This document shows, piece after piece, positions 27,780-39,816 of a DNA stretch of 64,000 nucleotides; position 1 is the first letter of the stretch, and every line of letters begins with the position of its first letter. The DNA is from Camelus dromedarius (taxonomy: Eukaryota). Below the pieces are notes generated by a model. That model was given only the letters and a program-made list of their open reading frames with translations, was not told where the DNA came from and made no database searches. The translations under genes and the position numbers were made by a program. Location: positions 103,170,001-103,234,000 of the forward strand of contig NC_087472.1 of NCBI RefSeq assembly GCF_036321535.1. The letters run 5' to 3'.

Positions 27780-30540
27780 GACTTGTGGGAGAAAATGGAC
27801 AATGTTTTGAGAAAAAGAATTGCAGAAAAAAATGGGGAGCTGTGGGATAGAATAGAAAATTATGGGAGAAAATGGGTAATTATAGAAGAGAATGGAGAAG
27901 TGTGGGAGAGAATGGGGGATTTTGTGAGTAAGGGAAGAATTGTGTGAGAAAAAAATTGTGGGATAGAAAAGAATGATGGGAGAAGGAACTCTGGGAAAGA
28001 ATGAAAAATTGTGGGCAAGAATAGAGAATTATGGGAGAGACAAGAATTTGGGGCGAGAAGGAAGGTGTGATGGTTAATTTTATGTGTCAACTTGGTTGGG
28101 CCACAGTGCTCAGATATTTGGTCAAACATTATTCTGGATGCTTCTTTGAAGGTGGGATTTGGGAGGGATGAGATTAACATTTAAATCAGTGGACTCTGAG
28201 TAAAGCATATGCCCCTCCATAATGTGTGTGGGTCTCATTCAATCAGCTGAAAGCCTTAATAGAACAAAGACTGACGCCCCCACCCCCCACCCCGGAGGAA
28301 TTCTGTCAGCCAACTGTGTTTGGACTCAACTCAACTCTTCCCTGGGTCTCCAGCCTGCTAGCCTACCCTGCAGTTTATGGGGTTATCTAACCTCCACAAT
28401 CAGCTGAGCCAATTCCTTAAATAGATCTCTCTTTCTCTTTCTTCCCCCGCCCTGCTCTCCCTCCCCGTATATATGTGTATCTCCTATTGGTTCTGTTTCT
28501 CTAGAGAACTCTAATACATGAGGTATTGTGGGAGAGACAGAGAATTGGTGGCCTCTTACACTTGGCCTTGCCACCTGAGCTCAGTCCTAATCACTTCCCC
28601 TAATGCCTCTTAGACTCAGGACATTCCCTTGGCTGCTCCTGTGCTCCTTCATGGCCATCCCTCTAGAGTCATGCCTGTCCACTCTGCCTGACCAAACCTT
28701 TCTCTTCTGAGCCACTTTCCATCCCTCTTCCCTACCATGCTCCTCCTTTTCCCAGGCAGTCTTTGCACATTAGCCATGCAGCCTGGGCAGGCTTCGAACG
28801 TTTCATCTGGGCCATGGCCTTTTCCCTCTTATTGCAGCAAGCTAAGTCCTCTGCTCAGTGCCCTGACTACCCAGCTACTGCCAGAGCCACATGCCTGTAT
28901 ACCTTAATAGACATGCCCACTACCAAGGAACCACAAAGAATTTAGGGAAACATACAATTATGGAAGGAAGAAAATTGTGGGAAAGGTGCATCATGGGAGG
29001 AAATAGATCTGGAAGAGACAGAATTGTGGGAGAAAACCAACAATCGTGTGATAACATGGAGGACTGTGGGATAAAACAGAGAACAGTGGATGAGAACAGA
29101 GAAATGTGAGAGGCAGGGAATTTGGGTAGAGAGAAGGAATTGTGGGAAAGGCAAGGTATTGTAGGAGAGACTGAGAATTCACCCTCTGCATTTGCCCTGC
29201 CTCTTCTGTTTTGTCATCTTTGCTCCTTCATGACCAGCATGCCCCCTAAAGCTCCACCCCACTACATACTCTACCACTATGGCCACTTCCCCAGGTGTTT
29301 CCTTGGCACCTTATTCTTCATTCAGAGCCCCCTCTATGCTGCATTAGACCCATGTTCTCTACCTAACAGTCACAGAGAAGAGGAGAAGACCTAAAGTTAT
29401 GGGAGAGAATTCTGGGAGAGATAGGTAATGGTGGGAGAGAATGGAGCATTTTGGTAGAGAACAGAGAATTCTGGTAGAAAATAGAATTTCAGGGGAAATG
29501 TAATGAAAGGATTGTGGGAAAGCATGGAGGACTGTAGGAGAGCACATGGTATTGTGGGATAGCCATAGCATTGTGGGAGAGCATGAGGAATTGTGGAAAG
29601 GCAGCAGAATTGTGAGAGAAAACAAAACATTGTGGGAGAGACAAGGAATTATGGGGAAAGCAAGGTACTGTGGGAGAGCAACAGAAAGAATGAATTCATC
29701 CATACTCTACCTGTCTCCTTCCTACAGGACCACTCCTCACCTTCTGGCTATGCTCTCTTACTATGAGTCATGCCCTCTCTCCTAAGTCGTGCCAATTACG
29801 CTCTTTCATGACCATACATCTCAACCCAGCATATGTGTCCTGTAAGGGCCACACACCAGTTATCCATAGCCATACTCTGGCACTTGTAGCCAAGACCCTT
29901 ATCTGCCTACCAGTGAGAATTGTGAGAGAGACATAGAATTATGGGAAAACAGAGACTTGTGGGAGATAATGAAGAATTGTGTGGGAGGGCATGGAGTATT
30001 CTGGGAATAAAAGAAAGAATTATGAGAGAAAACAGAATTGTGAGAGAGCACAGGGGATTGTGGGATAGCCCAGAATTATGGGATTGCACAGAGGATGAGA
30101 GAAGTCACAGGATTATGGGATAGTATGGAGGATTGTGGGATATCCCAGAGGATTATAAGAGAGAAGTACCATTGTGGGAGAGCAGGAGCATTGTGAGAAA
30201 GCATGAGGAATTGTTGGAAAGCTTGGGGAATTATGGGAGAGCAGGAAGATTGTAGGAGAGCTGGAGGACTATGGGAGAGACAGAGGATTATGAGAAAGCA
30301 CTGTTGGATTGTGGGAGAGCACAGAATTGTGGGAGAGCATGGGGCACCATGGGAGAGCATGGAGGGTTGTAGGAGAGAGGTAGCATTGCAGAAGAGCACA
30401 GAGGATAATGCAAAAGAACAGAATTGTGGAAGAGCAAGAGGATTCTGGGGGAAAACAGATTTGTGGGTTAGTACGGAGAATTGCAGGAGAGTCAAAATTT
30501 GAGAGAGAAAATGGAATTGTGGGAGAAAGAGAATTCATTC
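27780..30540. repeat. Degenerate ~20-bp tandem array (gaattgtgggagag..) in blocks separated by pyrimidine-rich spacers
   Basis: Dozens of (a/g)att(g/a)tggga(g/a/t)a units in blocks at ~27780-28065, 28519-28548, 28945-29180, 29395-29697 and 29912-30537. Confidence 0.9.
28066..28518 (+). mobile_element. MLT2 (ERVL) solo LTR inserted in the motif array
   Basis: tgtgatggttaattttatgtgtcaacttg...ggttctgtttctctagagaactctaataca. Confidence 0.85.
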
Positions 30541-33500
30541 CCTGCTTTCCACCCTTCTTTCCCTCAGGACCCAAGCCTCTCACATTCTGGTCATGCCCAC
30601 ATTGAGTCATATCCCTCACTTGTAGGCCATACCACCTCCTGCCACACAATGCCTCTCTTGCTGGGCCTGCATGCAGTGGCTCAGGCCCCAGAGCTTGATT
30701 CCAGTGGCATTTGTATAATGAAGTGAGGTTATGGACCCCTGGTCCTTGTCTAAAAAATGAATGTATGCTCTATTAACTCGTGTGGAGAACTACATTTTCC
30801 CTCCACAGTAGCAAGATTTGCTACATATTATTCTTCATATGCTAGCAGTAAAGATTTTAGATCACATTTTAGTTCCCTTCTCTTTCCTTCCCACCCTTCA
30901 TTCCATTTTTTTCCTTGAAGACAGTGGGAACATTCACTATGTTGAGCTGGAAGGAACATAGAAGAACAACATTCAACGGAACACTTTTATTCAGCTCACT
31001 CAGACCCTGAGAATTCTGCATCATTTATATAAAATGTTTCAAATGTCATTCATTTCTTGCCTTAAAAAATAACAGGAAATGAGAACAAATGCAGACTGTG
31101 TAAGCACTGTGTTAACTTTTATGTAGATAACAATAGCTTACTTCTACAAACCTTTGAGGCACCTTGGGAAATTACAGACAATATTGGATAAAAGAAATTT
31201 TGAAGGAATTGAGGAAAGGGGAACTTAAAGAAAGAGAATGATGCAGCCGATGATAAGATGAAATCAAGCCATTGGATCCGGAACTTTTCCCTTGTGAACA
31301 TAGAGGAAAATGTCCTTATTAAAGGTGGGCCAGAATTTGACTATAAGCTTCTGAATGCCCATCAGAAGAGAGAATGACAATCATTTTAAGGTTTTCCAGT
31401 GTTCATAAGATAAAAGCTAGAGGTTTCGTTTGATTGATTTTGACAAGTACAGTTTGTCTTGATTTTTAGTACCAAAAGAAATCCTGATTCCTCATAAATA
31501 CAATGTTGTGAGTTAAGTGGGAGATAAGTGTCATAAAGAATCACACACAGATCTGCTCAATGAAAATCATTGCTACAATAACAGAGCACAATGTGTTAAA
31601 ACAATGCTATGAACTATCTGGACTTTCCTGTTCAACTGGGAAAGTATTCAGGTCATGAATAGTCTGGCCTAATCCAGGGTAGCATTTTGATTACTGTTCC
31701 CTAGGATGACAAGTAGCTTTCAACTTACAGTTTAACTCTGATCCATTCATGGTAGCTGCCTGAATAACTTCACTGGAAAGTTTTGTGGCTGAGTCCACGC
31801 TCAGAAGGAAAAAGTTTTGTGACTTATTAACATTGCAGGATGGGTGAGTGGCTGCAAGCAACAGCCTATCCAGCATCTCTGACTTGCAGGAATGGAGGTC
31901 TTGCATGTAGGTCTTTTCCAGTCCTCCAAAAATGACACTTCTCATTATAGGTTGTGATAACTATCATATGGTAGAGTGTACAAGGTCATTGTTGCTGGCC
32001 GAAACTTCAGGGCAGAAACGAGATATTGAATAAGTCATATGCTTTGTATATCAAGCAAGAGGAGAGTCGTTTAAGGTTCTGTTATGAAAATGAGAGCATT
32101 TAACCAAAGTAGTACATAGCCCGATGTCCCCTCTGCCCCTTTATTAAAACTGGTAAAGGAAGTACATTTGGGTAGGGCCAAACACCTCTGGGTAAACTCC
32201 AACAGACAGCCTAATAGGCAATTAAAGACAGAAAATCCTACTTCATGCATGGGTGCAAAGATTTTAGCCTAGGAAAGCAAGCATTATGTGCCAAGACCAT
32301 GAAAAACTTTCAATATAACATGCAGGAAGCTATGTAAATAATTAAACATTCTAGGAGGAAATGCCAGAAGACTCTCTAAGCCTTGCTTTTCGCTCATTAT
32401 ATTTTATTGGTCTTAATTCACAGGATGAGACACACAGACTGACATGCATGCTTCCCTTTTAAGAAAATGTCCTTTAAATTCTCACTTTAGTAATATAACC
32501 TTCCCACTCAGTTTGCCTAATTTTTGTTTTGAAGCAGTAGTGATTAACTTTCACTGAAGTAAAACAATGTTGGCTTGTGAAAAATAAAGTCAAAGTTCCT
32601 AATGGTGATGGCTGTTAACCTACAAAATTTCATGAGCCTTTTGAATATCCTAGTTTCATGAGATTTTCTCACAAGATCCTGTGGAGGAACAGCATTCTCA
32701 TAGGGCCACTACAGTGAGACAAAGCAGCATCAACAACTAGGTATTACTGTTGAAAAGTGGGAGAAAAATTTTAAATCATGTAGAGATAACATGAAATCTA
32801 GGATTGCTTTCCAGGAAAATGCAAGAAAATAAGCATATATCAAATTGAAAAGGGGAACTAACAACTGATAAAGAATGTCTGTGCACAAACAAATGCATGC
32901 AAAAAATTTTGACAAAAACGAACACTTTGGCAGAAAAAAAGGGCAAAAAATCAAATAAGCAATTTACAAAAAAAAAAAGAAATACAAATGGTCATTCAAC
33001 ATATAAAATGTTTAGCTTTTTAGAATTGCAAACCAAACATACTCTTGTAGTATTTGTTTTGCCAAAAGAGTTTTGAGGACCATAATACCCAGTGCAGGAT
33101 ACTGGAAAATGAACACACATACAGTGCAAAAAACATGTACACTGACATAAAACTTTTGAAAGGAAATTAACATGTATTGAAGCCTTACATTTTTGCATAA
33201 CTTTTAAAGAATTGAAGTACAGTTGACTTACAATATTATATTAGTTTCAGGTGTACAGTATAGTGATTCAATATTTTTACAATTTATAATCCATTAAAAG
33301 TTATTTCAAGATAATGGCTACAATCCTCTGTGCTATACGATATATCTTTGTTGCTTACCTATTTTAGATATAATAGTTTGTAACTTTGTATCTTTTCTTT
33401 AATTGAAGTATTATTGATTGCAATATTATATTAGTTTATTTTTACATAATTTTGACCTTAAAATTTTAAGAATTTATGCCAAAGATATTATTACAAATGA

Positions 33501-33587
33501 GCAAAACATTGTTAGCTTCCAGAATATTTGTTATAGCATTTTTTATTTTAGTAAAAAGGAGAAAATTATATTTAAAAGCATATGACA

Positions 33588-33816
33588 AGGGGCGGAGGGT
33601 GGGAAGGGATAGACAGGATTTCAAAATTGTAGAACAGATAAACAAGATTATACTGTATAGCACAGGGAAATATCCACAAGATCTTATGATAGCTCACAGA
33701 GAAAAAAATGTGACAATGAATATATATATGTTCATGTATAACTGAAAAATTGTGCTCTACACTGGAATTTGACACAACATTGTAAAATGATTATAAATCA
33801 ATAAAAAATGTTAAAA
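33588..33816 (+). mobile_element. Short L1 3' end with 14-bp TSD
   Basis: TSD aaaagcatatgaca at 33574-33587 and 33817-33830. Confidence 0.85.
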
Positions 33817-34342
33817 AAAAGCATATGACACATTCATAAAATGAATGCAGTATTAGACCATCATGGAAAACTATATTAAAGAGGAATATTTAATGATGTG
33901 GAAATATATTCAATATACACTGTTAAATTTAAGAGAGAAGGTAACAAAGTTTCATAATAGTAAAATCCCAGGGGTTTTGTTGAGATATAATTAACATATA
34001 ACAGTGGAAGCTTAAAGTGTACAAAGTGTTGATTTGATACATTTGTATATTATAATATGATTACCACTGTATTGTTAGCTAATACCTCTATCACGTCACA
34101 TGATTATCATTTCTTTTTTTGTGGTGAGAACAACTAAGATTTAGCCTCTTAACAACTTTGAAGTTTATAACTCAGTATTGTTGACTATAGTCAATATTCT
34201 GTGCATCAACTCTCCAGAACTTGTTTATCTACTAGTTGCAAGTTCATACCCTTCAATGACATCTCCCCAATTCTCTCACCCCCAGCTCCTGGTAACTATC
34301 ATTCTACTCCCAGTTTTGTTTTTAAAAAGAAATCTATCTGTG

Positions 34343-34345
<3 letters not shown>

Positions 34346-34378
<33 letters not shown>
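34346..34378. repeat. (AC)n microsatellite
   Basis: Perfect CA run. Confidence 0.95.
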
Positions 34379-34380
<2 letters not shown>

Positions 34381-37300
34381 GGAAGACTCAAGGTTAAGAA
34401 AGATATGTTCCAAATATTTAGAAAACATTTAGAAATAATTAACAATGGTCATTGATGCTGGTGGAATTATAGGTAATTTCTACTTTTCTCTTTTGGCTTC
34501 TCTGTTATTTTCTATTAAAAACTTGTATTACTCTTTTTCCTACCTTTAGAAAAATGATGCAACAAACATTGAGAAACCATAATTCAAAAGAGAAGAGATT
34601 TTCATCTCTTTTCAAATGAATGGCTTACACTGACAAAAACTCAGCATTTTACTGTCTTCAATCCTAGTCACATAAGTGACTAAGTAAAAGCAAAAGAGAA
34701 GCATTTGATACTTTCATGAAGTTTTAAGGCCAAAGGAAAGCTGAATCAGATTTCTCTCTCTCTAACACGGCTTTGTTCCTCGATGCAGATAATCAGCTTT
34801 GTTATAATCTCTATCTATTGGCTTTTTCCCCCAAGATGCCTTTATCTAGTCTAACATTTCCTAAGATAACTTCATCTAGTCTGACTTCACTTTCAGGGGT
34901 TAGTTACATGAGCTGTTCCTTCTAGGCAATTTCCATTTCACCTAATAGTGAAATTGCTGGAATGACTGAGTTAACTTTTGGCCGCCTCTCTGTCTAGTAC
35001 GACTCTTCCTGACTCTGTGCCCTTGTAACCAAGGTGAAGGGGATGAGAAGAAGCTTCCTCAGGTGGAGTTAGCTGACAGAAATGGGTCATCTGTGATAGA
35101 CTGTTACCCTCACTAGGAGGGGGAAATGATTTGACCCTCAAATGATATGCTGTGTTGCAGAAGTGTAGTTGTCGAGATTTTTCTTCTTGTTGCTTTAAAA
35201 ATCCAAAATTTCTATTTAACAGCAGGGTCACCCAGTTTAATTTTTCCGTCCATGGTTTTCAGGCCACAAGGTGGAATTTGGGGACTGAATTCATGAAGAG
35301 GCAGCGTGGTGGAAGGGAAAGCCCTGACATGGACCCGCCGCGGGGCCTGACTGGCACCTGTAGAATGCCCGCTAGGGGAAGGTTCTTCCCGCTCATTACC
35401 TTGACCCCAGCGCATCTCTGAGCTTCGTTACAATTTCACTGTTGACCCCTGATGACCCAGGACGCAGTACTGTTCAGTGTGGTGGCGACAGTGTTCAAGT
35501 ATAAGGCATCCAGGCTGGTAAAGTGGCACCCATTCCATCCTTCTGTTGTCTCCAGTGCCTTAAACACCGGATCCTGGGTTTCCTCATATGTAAGATGACT
35601 GTAGCACAGCAACTGTGAGGTGCTGTTTTGAGGGTTAGAGAAATAATCCAGCGAAACTAGTTCATGGTAGGTCACTCCTAATGACTGCTCTGTAGCTGCA
35701 CTGACCAGTGTAGTTGTTTAGCCACTGTTTTTTACTTACATCAAATTAAATTAAGGAACAGTTCTCTTTCTTGGCAGCACTAGCCCCATTTCGGGTACTC
35801 AGCAGCCACCTCTGCCCGGTGGCTGCCGTGTCGTGCATATTGTACACATGTTGAGAAGTGCAGGTATAGAACATGTCCACCATCACAGAATGTTCCATTG
35901 GACAGCACTGCTCTACCGCGTTAACTTTGATGTTACACAACTACCAGACCTTAGGGCTGACCAGAGCCATTCCCTTAGCATTGGAAGCTCTTCTGGATGT
36001 TTACCTGGGGAGGTGAGAGTCAGAGGAGGCCAGTCTTGGAAGGGTGTCCTTTGTTCACCAGAGATAGAAGGGAGTGATGTTTGTTTCCTAAATGAAGATA
36101 GCGTATCTATAAGCCAGATATTTCAGCCCTGAAAAGATGGAAAGTTGATGCCAAGGAGAACCTCCAGAAAGGGCCAATTTCCACCGTGCGTTTAACCAGA
36201 CAACAGCAGGAGAAGGGGCCGGGGGAGGATTCCGACTTTTGAGTCAGCAGAGAAAATATTCTTTGGAGGTAGAGTTTGGAAAGGACAACTAATCTGTTTT
36301 CCAAACAGATTTTCTTTGTAAATAACTGACAGGAGATGAGCTGCTTCTATCAAAGTATTAACCCAAATGATGGGGGTTAATCATTAAACCTTTTAGGTGG
36401 TGGCTTGCTCGTTTGTCTGATATTCTAATCCGGGTCACAGAATGGCTAAGGGAATTTAACTCAAGGGCAGGGTTTGTTTTCTTCCTTTTTTTCTTTCTCT
36501 ATTTGCCTTTTGTTTTCCATTCTGAAATTGTGTTGTGGCCTCCTTTTCCTGGTGACTGCTATTCATGTTGAACTCTGTGAATCAGGTATGTCACCTCGAA
36601 AATTAAACATAGATTACATTTTCTGTTGTTTGATTGGCAAGTCTTTGACATAAAGAATTCAATATTTTTCTGAATTTGCAAATAATGTCAAGGCTTGAAA
36701 GTTGAGCTTGTGACTGTTTTATGAGTTTGGAAAAAAACATTGCTAAACCATGTGATGACTGGGGTGAAACTTTTGGGAATATTTGGGGCTGAATATTTGT
36801 AGCTCTGTTTTCAGGTCATTCCAGTTGCATTAAGTACTAAGACTTATCAGGCTCTGTTTGGCACATTTTGTCATCATATGGTGCTCTTTCAAGTGCTCCG
36901 TAGCCACCTACGTCTAGTGACTGCCACATTAGACAGCACAGATATAGGACATTTACATCATTGCAGGAAGTTCCATTGGATGGCACGGTTCCATGTCATT
37001 AACTTTGATTTTTTTACAATCTCAGACCTTGGGGCTGACCAAGTCCATTCTGTTTACCAAAAAAATGCTTTTAAAATGAGCTTAATATCAGATTAGCTCA
37101 GGAGATAAAGCAGTAAGTGGAGCATTTTCATGTTCATTTTAAAAATTGATTTTCTACCAACACTATGCTTTCTTTGTTAATGGGCCCTTCTGCAGAGTTA
37201 CCTTAAGCTTGAAGAAATTATTCCAAAGACCACAATCTGATGTTTTATGAAAGTAATAATGGATTCAAATAGAAATTGTTAATAAAATGATTTTGCTTAT

Positions 37301-39429
37301 AGTATTTACTATATAGTATAGGCTAGAAATCCAAACTGATGGATAAATATATGCAACTAGTATGCATCGCTTGATCTGTGAAGACATAACTGAAATATAA
37401 AGATGTGTTCAATTCACTTTGAAACATTTATTGAGCACCTATCATGTGTCAAGTATATGCACAATAGGCAGCTAAGCTGCCACAAACATTCTTGTCCATA
37501 TATTTTCCATTTGCTTTCTTTTTCATGGGTATTTACCAAGGAGAGAAATTATAGGTCATAGGGTATACATATGTTTAGCTTTAAAAACTCTTTCCTTATC
37601 CTCTTTTAAGTTGTACATTTCAATTCCTTTTATGCATGGAGCCTATCTCCTTGAAGGCCTATAGAAATAAGTTATGTTGAACACACAAGCTTTCAGTTCT
37701 TTAACACTTGCCCAAGGCAAGTGGTTCCATTGACAGGATACTTAATCTAGAACTACATCAATCCTGTTCTGATCTTGCTTGAGGCTTTGTTCTGTGACCA
37801 GAACTCAACTCCTACTCATCACCAGTCAGCTCACACTCTTGGAATTAAAAGGAACAAAGAAAGGACAGGAGATCAGCTCAAATTATACCAAACATTTGAA
37901 AAACAACTCAGATTCATGCTCCGAGGAGAGCTGGCTGGCATCTTCAATTTCATCTGCGGCACTGAGCTTATCATTATCATTCTCATCTGCACTTGGGCAG
38001 GCTCATCCCCATGTCAGCCTTCTGTCAACAAGCCTTTCCTGTCTGAACAGTGTTTGTGTTGATCCCTCATCAACAGTGGTCTTTCTTGATTTTTACATTT
38101 GTAGACATGAAATCTTTCTACACTGTAGCTCTTTAAGCAGGGAAGCAAACCAATAGGAGAATGAAACTCCAATTCATTTTCACTTATATTTATGAAAGTC
38201 ACTTTGAGGAAAGAGGATCCTAAAATTATTCACTAAAGTGAGGATTTTGACCTTATTTGTATTTCAGCAAGTCATTCTATTCCTGCCTCAAGGTATCTCA
38301 GATATACATGGGAGCCTATCTAAAGCCAGTTCTTCCTTTGTACTCAGAGAGTTGTTTCATTGCAATGTCTATTCATTTAAAAAAATCCATCCCCCGAGCA
38401 AAATAGCCATTAATGACATATAAGAGCTTCCCCTGGTTTTCAGTCAATGAGAATGCCTCAGACACACTGGTGGCTTCACATTTTGTCTGCTGATGGGTGG
38501 GGAGGCTATAAGGGACTTGTGTTGAAATTGCATTTTGACAGCAAGCTCCCCTTTCACTGAGATCTCACGTTTATATAGAGTAGATGTGAGAGAGGTACTG
38601 ATAGAAATTATTATAGTCTGAAGTCCCCCTAGATCATCCCCTGGAGCCACTACTGTCTACGTACTTACACTTTTACTTGTGTAAATTTGCACGAAAAAGC
38701 AGCAATAAATTTTGGGTCACAAGTGACATAGCTGACAGCTATCACTAGGCCTATGGTACACAAAATCTCCCAAACCCAAATTGGGCAACATAGTTGACTC
38801 CTGAGTGTCCTTAGGAAATGCTCTTCATGGTATCTGTAGACCAGCAGAGAGATTGGTGGTAAACATGTATTATGAAGGAAAAGAACTGATTACTTTGTTA
38901 ATAATAGGGTAGGGTGAGAACTTCCTTATGTTCAGTGATCACAGGAAGGCGTCCGTGAAGAGTTACCATTTAAGTCAGGACTAGATTAACAAGAAGGAGC
39001 CTGTAAGGGGAAAATGCTCTGGGCAGGAGGAGTTAGCTCTTGGCAGGACGCCCTGAATGGAGAGATGGGCTGATCTTGCTGCCAGGCAACAGGAGTCCCA
39101 GCAATACTGCTGTCAGGGCGCTGAGTGATGAGGGCTGCCTAATGAACCGGGATGTGTTTAAGATGCACTACCAGCGCTGGGCCCAGTTCTCCACACGTTG
39201 CCCTAAAGGAGGCTGCATCTTTACATGAACAGGTTTCCCCTATGGGGGGGGGGGCACCATGCAATGCAAGATGGGATTGGAAACAACTCTGCAGACAGGC
39301 TACCTCTGTCAAGTATGGTGAGTGAAGGGAAGACACCAGTAATTTGGCAGCAGGGTCAGGCTTTAAGTCTTCTGCCTTTCAGAGGTCTTTTGGTGTTAAT
39401 GTGGGGCAGAATAACTTCTGGAGGGTAGC

Positions 39430-39816
39430 TGCTATGGGATGAATTGGGTACCGTCAAAATTCCTATGTCGAAGTCCTGATGCTCAGTACCTCAACATGTA
39501 ACTGTATTTAGAGATGGGGTCTTTAAAGAGGTAATCAATGTAAGATGAGGTCCTATAGGTAAGCCCTAATACAATATGAATGGTGTCCTTAGAAGAAGAG
39601 ATTAGGACACAGACTTAAACAAAGGAAAGACAAGGTGAAAACAGAAGGAGAGGATAGCCATCCACAAACTAAAGAAGGAGGCTTCAGAAGAAATCAGTCC
39701 TGCCCACATCCTGATCTCGGACTTCTAGCCTCCAGAACTGAGAAAAAAGTAAGTTTCTGTTATTTAAGCCACCCAATTGGCAATATTTGTTACAACAGCC
39801 CTAACAAACTAATACA
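39430..39816 (+). mobile_element. MLT1A/B-like LTR
   Basis: TG...CA ends with a perfect 5-bp TSD gtagc; ggacttctagcctccagaactg motif. Confidence 0.85.

Noticed and set aside
28891..30726. Many ORFs across the array, and a repeat-spacer look suggestive of CRISPR
   Set aside because: Low-complexity translations; the units are degenerate with no unique fixed-length spacers or cas genes, and the DNA is mammalian.
37880..38125. Possible minus-strand exon relic with an acidic stretch (DENDNDKLSAADEIEDASQLSSEHESE)
   Set aside because: Stops in all frames and no family I can recognise; would need BLASTx.
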